From the NCBI RefSeq assembly GCF_036321535.1, contig NC_087437.1, forward strand, positions 111,230,001-111,294,000: a stretch of DNA of 64,000 nt, in the 5' to 3' direction. Position 1 is the stretch's first letter; each line of letters starts with the position of its first letter. This DNA is from Camelus dromedarius (taxonomy: Eukaryota). Positions 49,062-62,160 of this stretch are shown here, piece after piece. Under the pieces are notes generated by a model, which searched no databases, was not told the origin of the DNA, and saw nothing but the letters and a program-made list of their open reading frames with translations. Made by a program: the position numbers and the translations under genes.

Positions 49062-49888
49062 AAAACTATTTTTAAAAATGTAATTTTAGAGCCTTTTTCC
49101 CTAAAGAGTTGGAAGGAAAGTATCCATCCCCTCCTTCTAGGTAAGTCTCCAAAGACAAAGCAGGAGGTGGAAATAAAGCCAGAAGAGGTCTAATGTTCCT
49201 TTCATTTGGGTAGATTGAGTACAGAGACAGATGTAGCTACTTTTCCATTAACTAGTCCTGGAACCTTTAGGCAGTTAGATTGGTTATTGCTGAAATCTTT
49301 TAGAAACCTTAACAAAAGGGTAAGGTCTGCATAAACAACCAGTTAGCCAGATTTGCGCTGAGCATTTTTCCCATGGGCTGGGGTAGGTTACTATGGGATG
49401 CAACGGGTGAAAATAAACCGTGGTTTCATTTTTTTCATTTTGCCTAATAATTACCTTTTAATACTTTCTCCCCTGGTTTTATGACATTTTCCTGATTTTA
49501 AAAGTGGGCATTTTTTTTTCTTCTGCATTTTCTCTTATTTTTAGCCTTCCATTTATATCATTTTTCTAATCATTGTGGTTGTTCCCTGGGCTTTTGTGGC
49601 CCCAGAATTATCCAGCTTAGTTTTATTATTCTTGTCAATTGCTTTCCTTTACCTCCTGTCTTTAAGAGGTTTTTCTCCATAGTATTTGTTCTGAACCAAA
49701 TTTCTCCTTTAATGCCTTAGTGTGGCTTCCATTCTTCCCAGGGAAAGAGGTTTAATTTTGCTGGAAACAAACTGTGGCCCTCCTTTAGATGAAAATAGTG
49801 CTGCTGCTTTATAATCAGTTTTCACAGAATCACAGTTTGGGCTATTGCTGGCACACTGTTTTGTGAGTCTTTGCAAGTAGCTGGGAAT

Positions 49889-50470
49889 TACCGTATATGC
49901 TTGAATATAAGGTTAAGGTTATATTCTGTCCCCATCATCTCCAGGGAAGAGGAGGTGCCTTACAGAGTGCTTGCCAAGTGTCTCACAGTATGAGGGCACA
50001 ATCTCAATTATTTTATTTTCAACAACAAAGTACCAGTTAACCTTGACCTGACCCACTGATGACTTTGGGAACTCTGGAAGTCACCTGAGGAAGCCAATAG
50101 AAAGGGAGGCAAAGACATTTTATATAGTTTTAATAATAACTTCTAAAGGGATATGACATAATTGTGAGCACTTGTGAGACGACTCTAAACTCAATTCACT
50201 GAACGGTGAATTTATAGACATTCAGAATGGACGCCTAGGATAGTATTTCCAGCAAGTGCATCATGCACAGATTTGAAAAGTGCTTCATCTCAAACATCCA
50301 GTCCACCTAAAGATCACGTTACACTGGAAACACCCTGTGATGATGCTCTCTGTCATCCTGCTCCTGCCTGTGACAAGTTTGAATGAAACTGTTTCATAAA
50401 ATGTGGAGTATGGGAGTGATATTTCTAAGGTTAATTATATTAACCTTATAGTATCTTGAATATGACTGTG
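49889..50470 (+). mobile_element. old TcMar-Tigger/pogo-like DNA transposon relic
   Basis: Left end taccgtatatgcttgaatataaggtta and right end taaccttata... are partly inverted. Internal tttgaaaagtgcttcatctcaaac (50272-50295) translates as FEKCFISN, resembling the pogo/Tigger transposase C-terminal FKKCxISN motif. Confidence 0.5.
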
Positions 50471-52527
50471 CAGCTCTATAGATAAATAGTATAATCATTT
50501 GGTAATTTCATTGCATTTCTAAAAATTATATCTCTGTGCTTTTCAAAACCCCTCCTGAGGGGCAGGGTCTACCCACTGGAAGAGTGAGGAAGATCACCTT
50601 ATACTGGGGGACACCCTGCATTTGGACACATGTGATATATTTTAACGGCTGGGCAGTTTTTCAGTACTCTGTGTACTGTTTCGTTTGAATTGAAGTGAAG
50701 GTATACAATTCTTCCTCCCATTGGTGGGTGGGTGTGTGTGTGGTTTGGGGACCATCTGTTTATCTTCCCCAACTGCCAGGTTCAGCGCAATCTCCCTTCT
50801 CATCCAGGGGTCCAACCCTAAGGCTACCAGCCGCCTTCCAATTTTGCAATCCTCCGGTCAGGTTTTCAGAGCTGGTCTTTTTCTGCATTTGACTTAACTC
50901 TTCTCATCTTGAAATGCTGCCTCTTGTCATTCCTGTGCTGATACTTCCCCGACTGTTCCCTCCCAGCCAGCTCTGAATGTCAGTGTTCCCACCAAGATGT
51001 CATCCTTGGTTCCCCCGCCCCCATCATCCTCTTCCCTTTCCCTGGGCATCTCCTGTCCTTTCAAGGCTCAACCTCCATCCATACGGAGGTTGAAAATTGG
51101 TAGCCTGTGGGTTGTATCTGGCCTGCGAGGTTGGCCCACGCATTGTGGTAGTTATTGTTGTTTCAGATGTGAATTTGTTGCCAACATTTAAAAATTGGGA
51201 TTGAATCCAGATTTCTGGCTTCTCTTGGAAAACAGGAGGAGGTGGCTGTGCTGAGACCGAGCTGTGAGCTGCTGTCCCCGTTAGATGGGACACTTCGTGC
51301 TCTGCCGGGCTACCACAGTCCTAGAAGCTGCTCCCTTCTGCCTCAGCTCTTCTGACACCTGCTATCAGTTGTTGTTTTTGTTTACCATGACCACACTATT
51401 CTAGTTCTTACAACAGAGATAAGAGGACAAAAATAATTCTTTTGCCCATATCTCTATTCACAAGTGGGAAAAATAAAAACTGGACCAAGGATGCTATGTT
51501 TCAAGACAGTGGAAGAAAGCATTTTGTGTGTGTATAGAAGGGAGGAATATTCTTCTATATTTAATATTCATGGTGTGTCTGAGTTGAGAGGCTACAACGT
51601 AAGATGCTCATAATCATTGACGTAGATGGTTTATTATTTTGCCCACATTTTTAAATTCTGGAATTCTAAACAATCACTTTGATAATTAGATGCACTGATA
51701 TTTACTAGGTATAGAATGTGCAAAGGTACTGGGGCACAGTGGTAAGTAAGGCAGACGTGTTTCCTGCCTTCAAAGGGTTGACAGTCAGCTTGTACGGATG
51801 CCACAGGCCCCTCACTCAGCATGACCCTGAGTGCATTTCTTCCTCCCACCTCCTCCAGTCAGCTCAGTGTCCACTATCAAAGTCACCCATCATCTGATTA
51901 GCACTTAATTCCCTTTGGTCATGTCATGTTAACATGTCCTTAGGCATAATACCAGGGATTAGGACCCTGACATCTTTGGGGTTTATTTTTCTGCCCACTG
52001 TAATAGCTGCTTGCTAAATAGATTAATTTATTACCACCTACCAATTTGTGGGTAACACCAAGCTTGGAGGTTGTAGGACTAATAATTATGTCAGCTTTCA
52101 TTTTTTTTTTTTTTTAAACTGCTTTCCTCAATCTTTCTTACTCTGGCTGGTGTTGCTCACCGACTCACAAACACGTGGCCACATTTGCATTTCCCGACTG
52201 TTCTAGCGGAGCCTGCCTGGAATGACGACTTCCACCGTCTCCCAAACCCGGTTTCCTTCACTTCCAAGTTTCAGTGTTGGTCCCGCTTTTCCCAGAAACT
52301 GGTTTGTTCTGCCCTCCTTGCTGTCTGTCTTCTCCGAAATCATGTAGCTTTTTCAGTCTGCAGCAATTACTTATATCACGTTCTATAAATATTTACTTAT
52401 CGATTGCGTGAGTTTTGGCAGAAAGCTTTATGAGTTGGTTCAAAGTGGCTCTTAAACATTTTCCTTTCAGAAGCAAAATGTTATTCAAGTGCTTATCTGA
52501 AATGTTGTGTGGTTTTCTTTATTTCAG

Positions 52528-52583
52528 AGACTTGAAGATAGAAAACTTGCTGCTAGATGAAGACAATAATATCAAGCTGATCG
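52528..52583 (+). CDS. HUNK: HUNK coding exon 3 (R-DLKIENLLLDEDNNIKLI-D)
   Basis: Pyrimidine tract and tttcag|A acceptor, donor TCG|GTATGA. 56 nt, phase 2 to phase 1. Completes the HRDLKIEN catalytic loop in frame with exon 2. Confidence 0.96.
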
Positions 52584-55084
52584 GTATGACTTTTTTTTCC
52601 TTAAGCAAGATTATCCTTCAAGTGGTGTGTTGTCAATTCTCAATTATTTATTTTCTGACTTTGAAAATTATCATGGTCTATTTCTAATCCCCTGACAATA
52701 CTTCTAGAGCATCACCTTTTACCTCCAATATTTAATAATAGTTTTGAAAATGAAAATTAACTTTAATAATAATTTAAACATAAAACTAGTTCTTAGGATT
52801 ATTCAAACTTCTGCTTCTCCATTAATTCAGGTGGAGCTGAACTTTTCTAGGGGCTCTTTTCATTTGAATTCACCAGAAAGCTTCTTAAAAATAGTGGAAA
52901 ATAGTTTGATTCAGAAATGCTGCCCTTAGCTTGACCACGCCTTATTCCACTTTTCAGTGAATGCAGAGGCACTGAAATAAGAGGAACGTGACTTGCTTTC
53001 TCTTTTTAATCCCTTTATCCCAGCCCTGTAGTACACTGGTGGTCATGCAGAGAGAAACCCCCACGGAGGGCTACTTAGAGGTCTGTACCAATCAGAAGGA
53101 GGTTCTGGAATGGAGTGAGTCACCATCAGTTTACAATTCAGGGTCCATAAGTGAATTCACACTCACTGTTTAGAAGAGTCCTGTTTCTGTTTGCCTGTAT
53201 GTTTGCTCTTGGCAGGCTCTCAGGGGATCATTTTTATACCCAGATGTGAGCACCATCTTTTACTCCTTTTTTTCTTTACCCACCTCAAATGCAAGTAGTT
53301 TCTTCCACCTTGATCAACTTCAAACAACTTTATATTAGGAGTAAAGAGAAGAATCAGTAGAACTTTGTGAATTTAACGTTCATACCCAAGAAGGAAATTC
53401 TGTTTGGCAAATACTGAAAACCATCTCAAGACTTTCTAAAACATATCATTCAGATGACCAGTTACATTCTTTGGAATCCCAGTTGGCTTCCAACCCAGAA
53501 ACAGGCAAGGTGCTGCAGGGACACCAGACGCCTTGGCTGGGTGATTAAGCACCATTGACAGGTGTCGATAAACGCACTCGTTGTTATTAGAAGATTAATA
53601 AGAGGAAACTGATTCCTGCCACCCCCCCCCAAAGATTTTATAGGATGTATTCTTAAAAGATTCTTGGGCAATTTGAAGAATTTTTTTTTTTTATCAAATT
53701 GTTTTGCTATTGCATTTTCGTTGTCCTGAGGGCCAAATACAGCAGCATTCAAGGCAGACGTTGAAATGCCTGTAGGATGTCTTTCTGGCCTTCGTTTCCA
53801 GGATCTGTGGCGTAAACAAAGGCACGTCCTAGTCCGGGGGTGAGGGATGGAGGAAAGGAGATTGTTTTGTAAGTTCCCTGGCAGGCTGCTCTGGGACTTG
53901 CCTTCAGATAATGTGGTGGTGACAGTGACAGGGTTTCCCTAAAGCAGCAGAGATTGTAAGAGAACAGGCTGTGTGAAGGCCGGATGCACATTCCAGTACG
54001 AGTTAGAATAATTCGTTTCCCTGTGCATCGTCTAGATGGAGGCTGGTAATTCTGGCAAACTGCAGACCACGGAGGGTGGTCTCCATTCCTGCTCAGCATC
54101 CCGCATCTTCCTCTCACTTTGCCTCCCTCTCTGCCTCTGTCCTTGCTCTCTCTTCTCTTTCTTCAAGCCTTAGGTGACCATTTATAAGAGCAGGTGTGTC
54201 CGAAGGAATAAACGATGTTGAAAAGCTCAGACGTTTTCATTGCTGAGAAGATTCTGAAAGAACCAACCTCTAAATAGCGGATGAATTTATAAGTAGCTCA
54301 TAGATTAGTCGCCTAATAAACCCTCTTAGAGGAGACCTGCGCAAAGAAGATGAAGGAAGGATAGACCTGAATTAGAGCCCACGGTTCCCCTGGAGGTGAG
54401 TGGGGGGACCCTTTAGATACCAGGAACCATTTTATTCAAGTGCCTTCGAGTTGTCACCTCTTAGCTTGGCAGTCACTGGACTGGCACCCACATAGGCATT
54501 GCAGCTCATCTGGACAAAATGTCAGAAACCAGGTGTCAGAAACCTGAATTCCCAAAACTGCTGGGAAGGAGGCTCCTATCCCTGGATGTCCCTTTGTTAG
54601 AACTTTTCACTTGGCGCCCAGTTCTCTCCTGACCAGCTCAAACCCAAGAGCCCTAAGGCACAACTCAATGGAAAGAGACATTCTGCCATCCCAGAGGGCA
54701 GCTGCGAACTGCCTTTAGTTTAGCAGAATCTGCATTCCCTCATTTTTTCTTACAGAGTAGGCTGGAGGAGGGAAGGAAAAGTGCTGGAGGCAAGGAAGGC
54801 CCAGTGTCTTGTGGGCTTTCTTGTCCCTGGGTTGGGCAATTTGGAGCAAATGCCTCCACAACTGTCTCTTTGCAACTTGAAAGCCCTTTGAACCTTTTCT
54901 TCAAAGGGATTACCTAGTTGCTTATTCAAAGGTTAATTATAGCTATTAGCATTTTCTCTTAATAGTTTCTCTTTCTTTGAAATAATTTGATTTAAATAAA
55001 TTTACTTAAGCCATATAAGCCGTGTTTCAAGTTAACTAGAATTAACCAGAATAAGATTTGATATAATCAGGGTTCCCCCTCCTT

Positions 55085-55111
55085 AAAAAAAAAAAAAAAA
55101 AAAAAAAAAAA
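55085..55111. repeat. poly-A tract, about 27 nt
   Basis: Visible in the sequence. Confidence 0.9.
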
Positions 55112-57546
55112 GCAGGCTGATGTTTTTAGTTTAGTGTAATCTTAAAATGTAAGAGCCACAACTTACAACAGTTTTGCACTTCAGTTTTCCAAAACAGCGT
55201 TCGTTGGGGCATTTTTTGAGATTCATTTTGTAGCTCTTAGAAAATTGAATGGTAATTGGCTTATGTGTTTACCAAATCTAATTGAGGCAGACCAGTGTGG
55301 CATTATGGGGAGGCGAACTTCTCCCTCATTCCACAACTCTAATTATAGGCATATGTGTAAAACTCTAATGCTTACAATTAAGCATGTGAAACATACCAGT
55401 TATTCCTCTACAGGGTATTTTAAATTAAGCCCTTTTGGCTGGGTCAACATAAGTCACTTAGAATGTAGATTTTTATCTTCTTCATTCCCCAGATCCTCGG
55501 CTAATTTATCTTCTTGAAACTGTGCTTAAGACAAGGCAAGACGCTGTGTTAGCAAGCTTGCCTGGGAGCCTGGGGGGTGATCTGGCCTCTTATCTCTCCT
55601 CCCCTGCCCTTTTGTAAAATCAAGCGCTTTGTCGCTTTGTCGTAGACCCAAGTCAAAAGTTGAGGGAAGAAACTGAAGGAGTTAATGGAACCCCATGGAG
55701 ATTAGGAAGGGAGGTTTTTAGGGGCTCCTAGGAGATTGGGCTCTAAATCACTGTTTATGAAATTTTCCTTAAAATGTTGCTCCAGTTAATATAATCTTTA
55801 TTCCTTGGTGCTATGTCTCCGTCTCACCATAGAGGGCGCTCTTTACGCGTTGGCTGTTTCCTTCAGTTTCCTTTAGGAATTGTAAAGGGCCATTCAATGT
55901 AAAGCTCAACAAGATTTTCTACTTCCGACCACACCCTTCTCCCACTTCCGTGATACTACGGGGTGGGGCCTGAGATCAGGGGCCCTCAGATCCTTTTGAA
56001 CAGCAATCTCCTCCTAAAATACAAATCCAAGAGAGCCTTGGGACTCATGAAGGGCCTTTTTGGCAGGTTGTGTGGGGCCTACTGGTGCTGACTGGGCTGA
56101 TGGGAAAGGAAACGGGGGCCAGGTGAGGGTGGGAGTGGAAGAACTGGGAGCAGAGGAAGAGAGGAGGAGGGAGGTTAAGAGGCAAAAATAAAATCATACA
56201 CCCCGTCCCCTCCAACCCCAACCCCAAAAGAAAAGTGTGTGAACAGGCAGCATTCCTGGTTGGTTTGCCAGTCTCCGTCTTGGCTCTGATTCTTCGTTCC
56301 AAGTATGGGGTTCCGTTTAGAAACGCTCTTTGACTATACAGCTTAACCCAACGACTGTTGGGAGGACTCTTAGCGGTGTATCTTGTAACTTCGTGGACTC
56401 ACAGCTCTACCCTCCGCCCTACTGATGTTTCTCCTTTCCTGAGCTTTCCTACAGCTTTCCCAAGAGCCACGGCTTTGCAGGTGGAGACGTGTTAAAGTCG
56501 AGGAGAAAAACACAGTAACAAAATTAGATGTAAATCCTGCCAGTTGAGAAAGTGCGAGGGTTTTGTCCAGACGTGAAGCCTGTCTTTGACCACAGCCCCT
56601 TTCTGACTGAGCCCTGTGGGCTGAGTCTTCTGTTTGGGGACCAGAACCATAATATTTACATTGAAGTTCAAAGGAGGAGCCCTGGTCTTAATTCTGAGAT
56701 CAACAAAGATAGAGGAAAGCTATCAGATGAGGCCCTGACACTAACAGCTCTCTAATTACCTGTCAGTTGCCGAGTCTGTAAGAGCAGAAGTAAACACAGC
56801 ACAAAAGGCGTAACGGACCCTTTAGGTGCCCTGGGCTCGTCTTTCTTCTTCCCCGCTGCCAGGATCAAAGCAGTGCTGCGAGGTCACTTAGTCTGGTTCT
56901 CATTGCTATCTTTTCTGGCGTTATTTTTCCAGCCAACATTCAGCATTGTCTGAATCGCTGGGTGTATTTTTTCCCCCTCTTCAAATCACCATATGTTGCC
57001 GCATGCGTTGGGAGCATTTTTAAGAGACTTGCATGAAATGAAATGAAAACATTCAGCCGCAAAAGTCACCTCTTAACTGGTAGGATCGCGTGTCACCTGG
57101 GATGACACTAGTGCCAGCCAGAGAAAATCGATCTTCCTTCATCTTTTTCCCACTTGGCCAGTTGGAAGCCAGCAGGCTGACTCCAAGGACTTCTGCGTGT
57201 TCTCTCTTCCTGCCTTAGTCCTCGAAAGCGAAGACTATCTTTTTTCTGGATGACTCATTTCCAAGATTTGATGAAAATATGTTTTGGTTCAACATACGTT
57301 TTAGCTCGAGTTGGATTTTCCTGGGAGGCCTGATGGAAACTGTTTCCAGTTCAGCGAGGGAACCACTGCCTGAGATTCTTTTGTCTTGAGACCCATATCC
57401 AGAGGTTATGATTCCCAGCTGCTGGTTTTCCTTTTGGATGTGAAACGATGTGTTAGCCTGAGAATGTTTCCTGCCCCGCTGCCTCACCCTCTCCTTCACT
57501 TCCACAGTTTTCTAATTCAGAGCCTTTTTTCCTCCCCTCTTTGCAG

Positions 57547-57682
57547 ACTTTGGTTTGAGCAACTGTGCCGGGATCCTGGGCCACTCCGACCCGTTCAGCA
57601 CGCAGTGTGGCAGCCCCGCCTACGCCGCTCCCGAACTCCTTGCCAGGAAGAAATATGGCCCCAAAATTGATGTCTGGTCCAT
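57547..57682 (+). CDS. HUNK: HUNK coding exon 4 ([45 protein letters not shown])
   Basis: Acceptor ctctttgcag|AC and donor AT|GTGAGT. 136 nt, phase 1 to phase 2. Contains DFG, the activation loop, APE and DVWS. No stop codon, so the gene continues past the window. Confidence 0.96.
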
Positions 57683-58170
57683 GTGAGTTATTGAGCTTCT
57701 GAGAGTGAATGCTCCCTCCTGCTGTCTCCACCGTCTCCTTCTTATGAAACAACATTTGAGTATTTGATGAGAATGAGTTATAGGCTCTGGGATGTGTATC
57801 CAGTGATTCTTTGGGGTCCCACTTTCCATCTCTGTTCTTTCTGTCTTTTATCCACAAATTGCCCAAGAGGCTTTTATTAAAATTTGTTAAGGTGCCCAGG
57901 GAGAAGCAAACATTGCCCTGCACTCGCCGAGATCATGTGCTGGTTTCATGCATCACTCATGTCCTTCCCCGGATCAAAGTCTCCCAAAGGTTTCCATCAA
58001 CATCAGCGTCAAACCCAGACTCGGTGCCCAGCCACGCTCCTTGCGGGTCTGGCTTTTGCCCACCCCTCCTGCCTCTTCACCCACCACCCCACCCTCAGCT
58101 CCCGGTTCTTCAGACACGTTGGCCTGTTTTATCTTCTCTACTTCTGGTCTATGCACTTGCTATTTCTTTT

Positions 58171-58432
58171 CTTTTATTGAAATATAGTTGATGTTATATT
58201 AGTTTCAGGTGTACAACATAGCGATGTGACATTTATATATATTATGAATTGATCCCCACAGTAAGTCTGGTCACCACCTGTCACCATACAAAGTTATTGC
58301 AATGTGATTGACTATATTCCCCATGCTGTACATTACATTCCTGTGACTTACTCATTTTAGAATTAGAAGTTTGGACCTCCTAGTCCCCTTCACCTATTTT
58401 GCCCCACCTCCCACCCCCCTTCCCTCTGGCAA
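58171..58432 (-). mobile_element. L1MA-like 3' end with TSD
   Basis: ttttattgaaatatagttga...ttgactatattccccatgctgtacattaca. 18-bp TSD GCACT(TG/CT)CTATTTCTTTT at 58153-58170 and 58433-58450. Confidence 0.8.
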
Positions 58433-58585
58433 GCACTCTCTATTTCTTTTGCCTGAAATGCCGTTTCCTGGTCATTCAAATGGCCTGTCCAGTCCCATGT
58501 TCCAGTGTTAATCCAGTGTCACCATGCAGGGTCCATCTCTTGTTGTTCCAGGGATTTCTCAGCACCCAGCATAGAGCCTTGGCTG

Positions 58586-58682
58586 GAGAGGAAGGAAATA
58601 ATGAAGGAAGGAGGGAAGGGAGGAAGGGAGGAAAAAAGGGAGGAAGGGAAAAAAGGAGGGAAGGGAGGAAGGGAAGGAGGGA
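58586..58682. repeat. purine-rich (GGAA/GGGA)n low-complexity tract
   Basis: Visible in the sequence. Confidence 0.8.
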
Positions 58683-60885
58683 CAGGCATTTGGTCCAGGT
58701 GAGCTGAAGCCGGAGGATCTGGGCTAAAGTTGGCAGAGGAAGCAAAGGAAAGTGACCCAGTGAGGGGACTTCAGGAAGTTCCGGTTGGAAATTATTCAGA
58801 GGAACCAGAGATAAGAATGCGATTCTGAGGGCACCAGAATTCTTGGAACTTTCCCAGAGAGGACCAGCTCTCCCTGGCACCCCAGCTTAGCCTGTTCAGC
58901 CAGGGGCTGAAGTGGGTTAGTCAGGGACAGCTGCTGATTGCATAGAGTTAACTGTCCCCCGTGGTCCTCAGGACAGTGTGTGAGGCCATCTCAGCATGCT
59001 TTACACAGACAGGGGATGCTCAGTGGTTAGTGCAGCCCCGGGACACACGGCCTGCCCACGGCGGAGCTGTGCTTTGTGCTTGAGCCTGAGCTCCTGGTTT
59101 CTTTTCCTACCTCTCGAGAGGAGGTGTAGTGGAGGCTGCATATGGAGTGTGTGGGTGCTGATGACTTGTGCAGGAAGGGGGACAGGGGTCGCCGGGGTGG
59201 GTGGGAGTGATAGCAGGGAGCAGCGGCAGAGGACACCTTCTCTTTTGAGGTGCCCCGGGTGGCTTGGGCGGCATTGCTAATCACAGAGTTTTTATATGGT
59301 GCCCAGATGGGCCTCAGAATCCTTCTCAACATAGCCCTCCAGACAGCCGACACCAGTGGATTAGAGTCAATATACAGGTGGAATCCATTCTTGGTCTCAT
59401 AAGTGTCTGGCACATAATCTGTTCTCAATAAATATTTATTTATTCATGAATGAATAGAGCTGTTTTGAGTCTATAATCACCTTCTTCCCTTAGGTATAAC
59501 TTATTTATGCTAAATGGGAAACTCTGAAAGAGAAAATTTATGTGCCAAAAAGAAGGCTATGGAGAATGGGGCGTCTGAAAGACCAGGAAGTACAGGGGTG
59601 TCTCATAACTATGGCAACAGGGAACAGGGTGGGCGGCATAGTGATCAAAGGGAAAGAAAGGTCGGTAGGTTGGAGAGGAGGTTACAGTGTGCTCCTGAGA
59701 TCCTGCTCTTGAGGGGAATGGACAATACAGTGTCATCACCGGTTGTCATGGTGATGAGACTCAGCCTGTGTAAGGGGGACCTTTCCAGTCCGTGGCTGAT
59801 ACAGCAGGCATCTCCAAAAGGTCTAGAGCTGCTGGTAGAAGGAAGGAGTGTGTGAATCGTCAGAGCTGCAGGAGAGCACCTGGCCTTGTAACCAACACTG
59901 AGGCCTTTACTAACCTCCACTTAATTGCATTTTTTTTTAAGAAGGTGACTTGCAGCTGAAGATCTCCTGAAAGCTCTAATCAGGCCTTATTCTTAGTCAT
60001 GATGCCATCAAGTAATGTATGCAAAAGCCTTTGATACACAGTAATGCACTGTACACACTCTGGTCTTCAGTTCATCGCGGCAAAGCTCCGGAGTCCCACG
60101 TGGGATTTCCAGGTAGACCGGAAACCACAGCCCCACGAGTCCCTGTTTGGGTGCCCTGTGGCAGGGAGTTGGGGTGGAGAGTTTTACCCTTGCTCAGCCA
60201 CAAAGGACCGTGTTTTAATCTTTGTTAGAAATGAGGTTTGCCTGGAGCAACCCTGTGTTAGCCGACTCCATCCTAGGGGGTGAGACCCCATGACCCACAC
60301 CTAATTCATGGGGATGATATAAACTAGGCCCTTTTTAGAAGCTGTTGATGAAGCTTAAAAAAAAACAAAAGGAAGCTGCATGAGCCAAATGTTGGCTTAC
60401 TAGAAATTTGTTCATTCGGCAAATATTCGTGGAGCCAGGCGCTGAGCCGAGTTCTGAATGCACAATGGTGAGAAAGACAGCCTCGGTCTGTTCTGCTCCT
60501 GTGATGATCATTGTTAACCCTCACACCCTCCGACTGAGTGATGGGCAGTGTCCTAAGGGCTTTGCATGTTTCAGCTCATCTCACCTGCCTAACAACGCTT
60601 CGAGGGAATGCTCTGTTGTCCCACTTTACAGATGAGGACACTGACGCCCGTGCCCAGATAATACAGCTGGTGTGTGAGAGAGCCAGGACTCAACCAGCTG
60701 GTTGGGCTCGAGTCTGCCTCATCACCCTCTGCTGCTCCTCCTGTGTTGTTGTCCTTCTTCTTGGAGGGTTTACATTTTAGTGGGGCAGACGGACAAAATT
60801 TTTTTTTTAAGTTGTAAATTCAGTGTGGTCACTGCTGTGAAGGAAGTGGGTGATGGGGGATGCAGGGAACGAGGATTGGGTGGCC

Positions 60886-61566
60886 TTTTTTTATTGAAGT
60901 ATAGTTGATTTACAAGGTTGTGTTAGTTTCTGGTGTACATCAAAGTGATTCAGTTATACATATATATATATATATATATTCTTTTTCATATTAAGTTACT
61001 GCAAGATATTGAATATAGTTCCCTGTCCTATACAGTAGGACCTTGTTGTTTATCTATTTTATGTACAGTAGTTTATATCAGCTAATCCCAGACTCCTAAT
61101 TTATCCCTGCCCCCTTTCCTTTTAGTAACCATAAGTTTGTTCTCTATGTCTATGAGTCTCTTTTGTGTTCATTTGTGTCATTTTTTTAGATTCCACCTAT
61201 AGGTGATATCATATGATATGTGTCTTTCTCTAACTTATTTCACTCAGTATGATCATCTCTGGGTCCATCCATGTTGCTGCAAATGACATTATTTCATTCT
61301 TTTTTTTATGGCCGAGTAGTAGTCCAGTATATATATATACCACATCTTTATTCATTCATCTGTCAGTGGACATTTAGTTTGCTTCTCAGTCTTGGCTATT
61401 GTAAATAGAGCTGCTACGAACATTGGGGTGCATGCATCTTTTCAAATTAGAGTTCTCTCTGGGTATATGCCCAGGAGTGGGATGGCTGGATCATATGGTA
61501 AATCTATTTTTAGTTTTTTAAGGAATCTCCATACTGTTTTCCATAGTGGCTGCACCAAATTACATT
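60886..61566 (-). mobile_element. L1 3' end (artiodactyl/camelid type), inserted in an L2 relic
   Basis: ttttattgaagtatagttgatttaca...ggatcatatggtaaatctatttttagttttttaaggaatctccatactgttttccatagtggctgcacc. L2-like sequence lies on both sides. Confidence 0.88.
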
Positions 61567-61774
61567 CGGGGGAGGCCTCTTGAGAAGACCTCAATGTCAA
61601 ATCCTAAGGATGAGGAGGACTCAGCTATGGGAGGAGGGAGGTGTTGGGGGAAGGCTCTAGGCAGACGGAACAGGATGTGTGGAGGCTGTGGATGGAGGGT
61701 AAGGTGTGGGTTTGGACTTTGTCCTAAAGGGAATGAGAGGCCATTGGATGCTCGTAAGCAGGTGGGTAACAAAA

Positions 61775-62160
61775 TGTTATGTGTTCTTCAGAAAAAGATA
61801 TGTTGGAACTCTAAACCCCAGTCCCTCAGAATGTGACCTTACTTGGAAACAGGGTCTTTAATTAATTAAACGAGGTCATGAGGGTGAACCCTAGTCCAGC
61901 ATGACTGTGTCCTTTTATAAAGAGGAAGTTTGGACACAGAGAGACCCAGGGAGAAGGCCATGTGAAGATGAAGGCACGAATCAGATGACACATCTCCAAA
62001 CCAAGGAGCCAGAGATGGCCAGCAGCCTGCCAGAAGCTTGGGGACCAGCAGGGACAGAGTCTCCCTCATGGCCTCAGGAAAACCAACCCTGCCGACACCT
62101 GCTTCTCAGACTTTGAGCCTCCAGCACTGCGAGGTGATGCATTTCTGTTGTTTAAGCTCT
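61775..62160 (+). mobile_element. MLT1C-like LTR
   Basis: cctcagaatgtgaccttacttggaaacagggtcttt...aggccatgtgaagatg...accaaccctgccgacacc...tttctgttgtttaagc. Confidence 0.75.
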
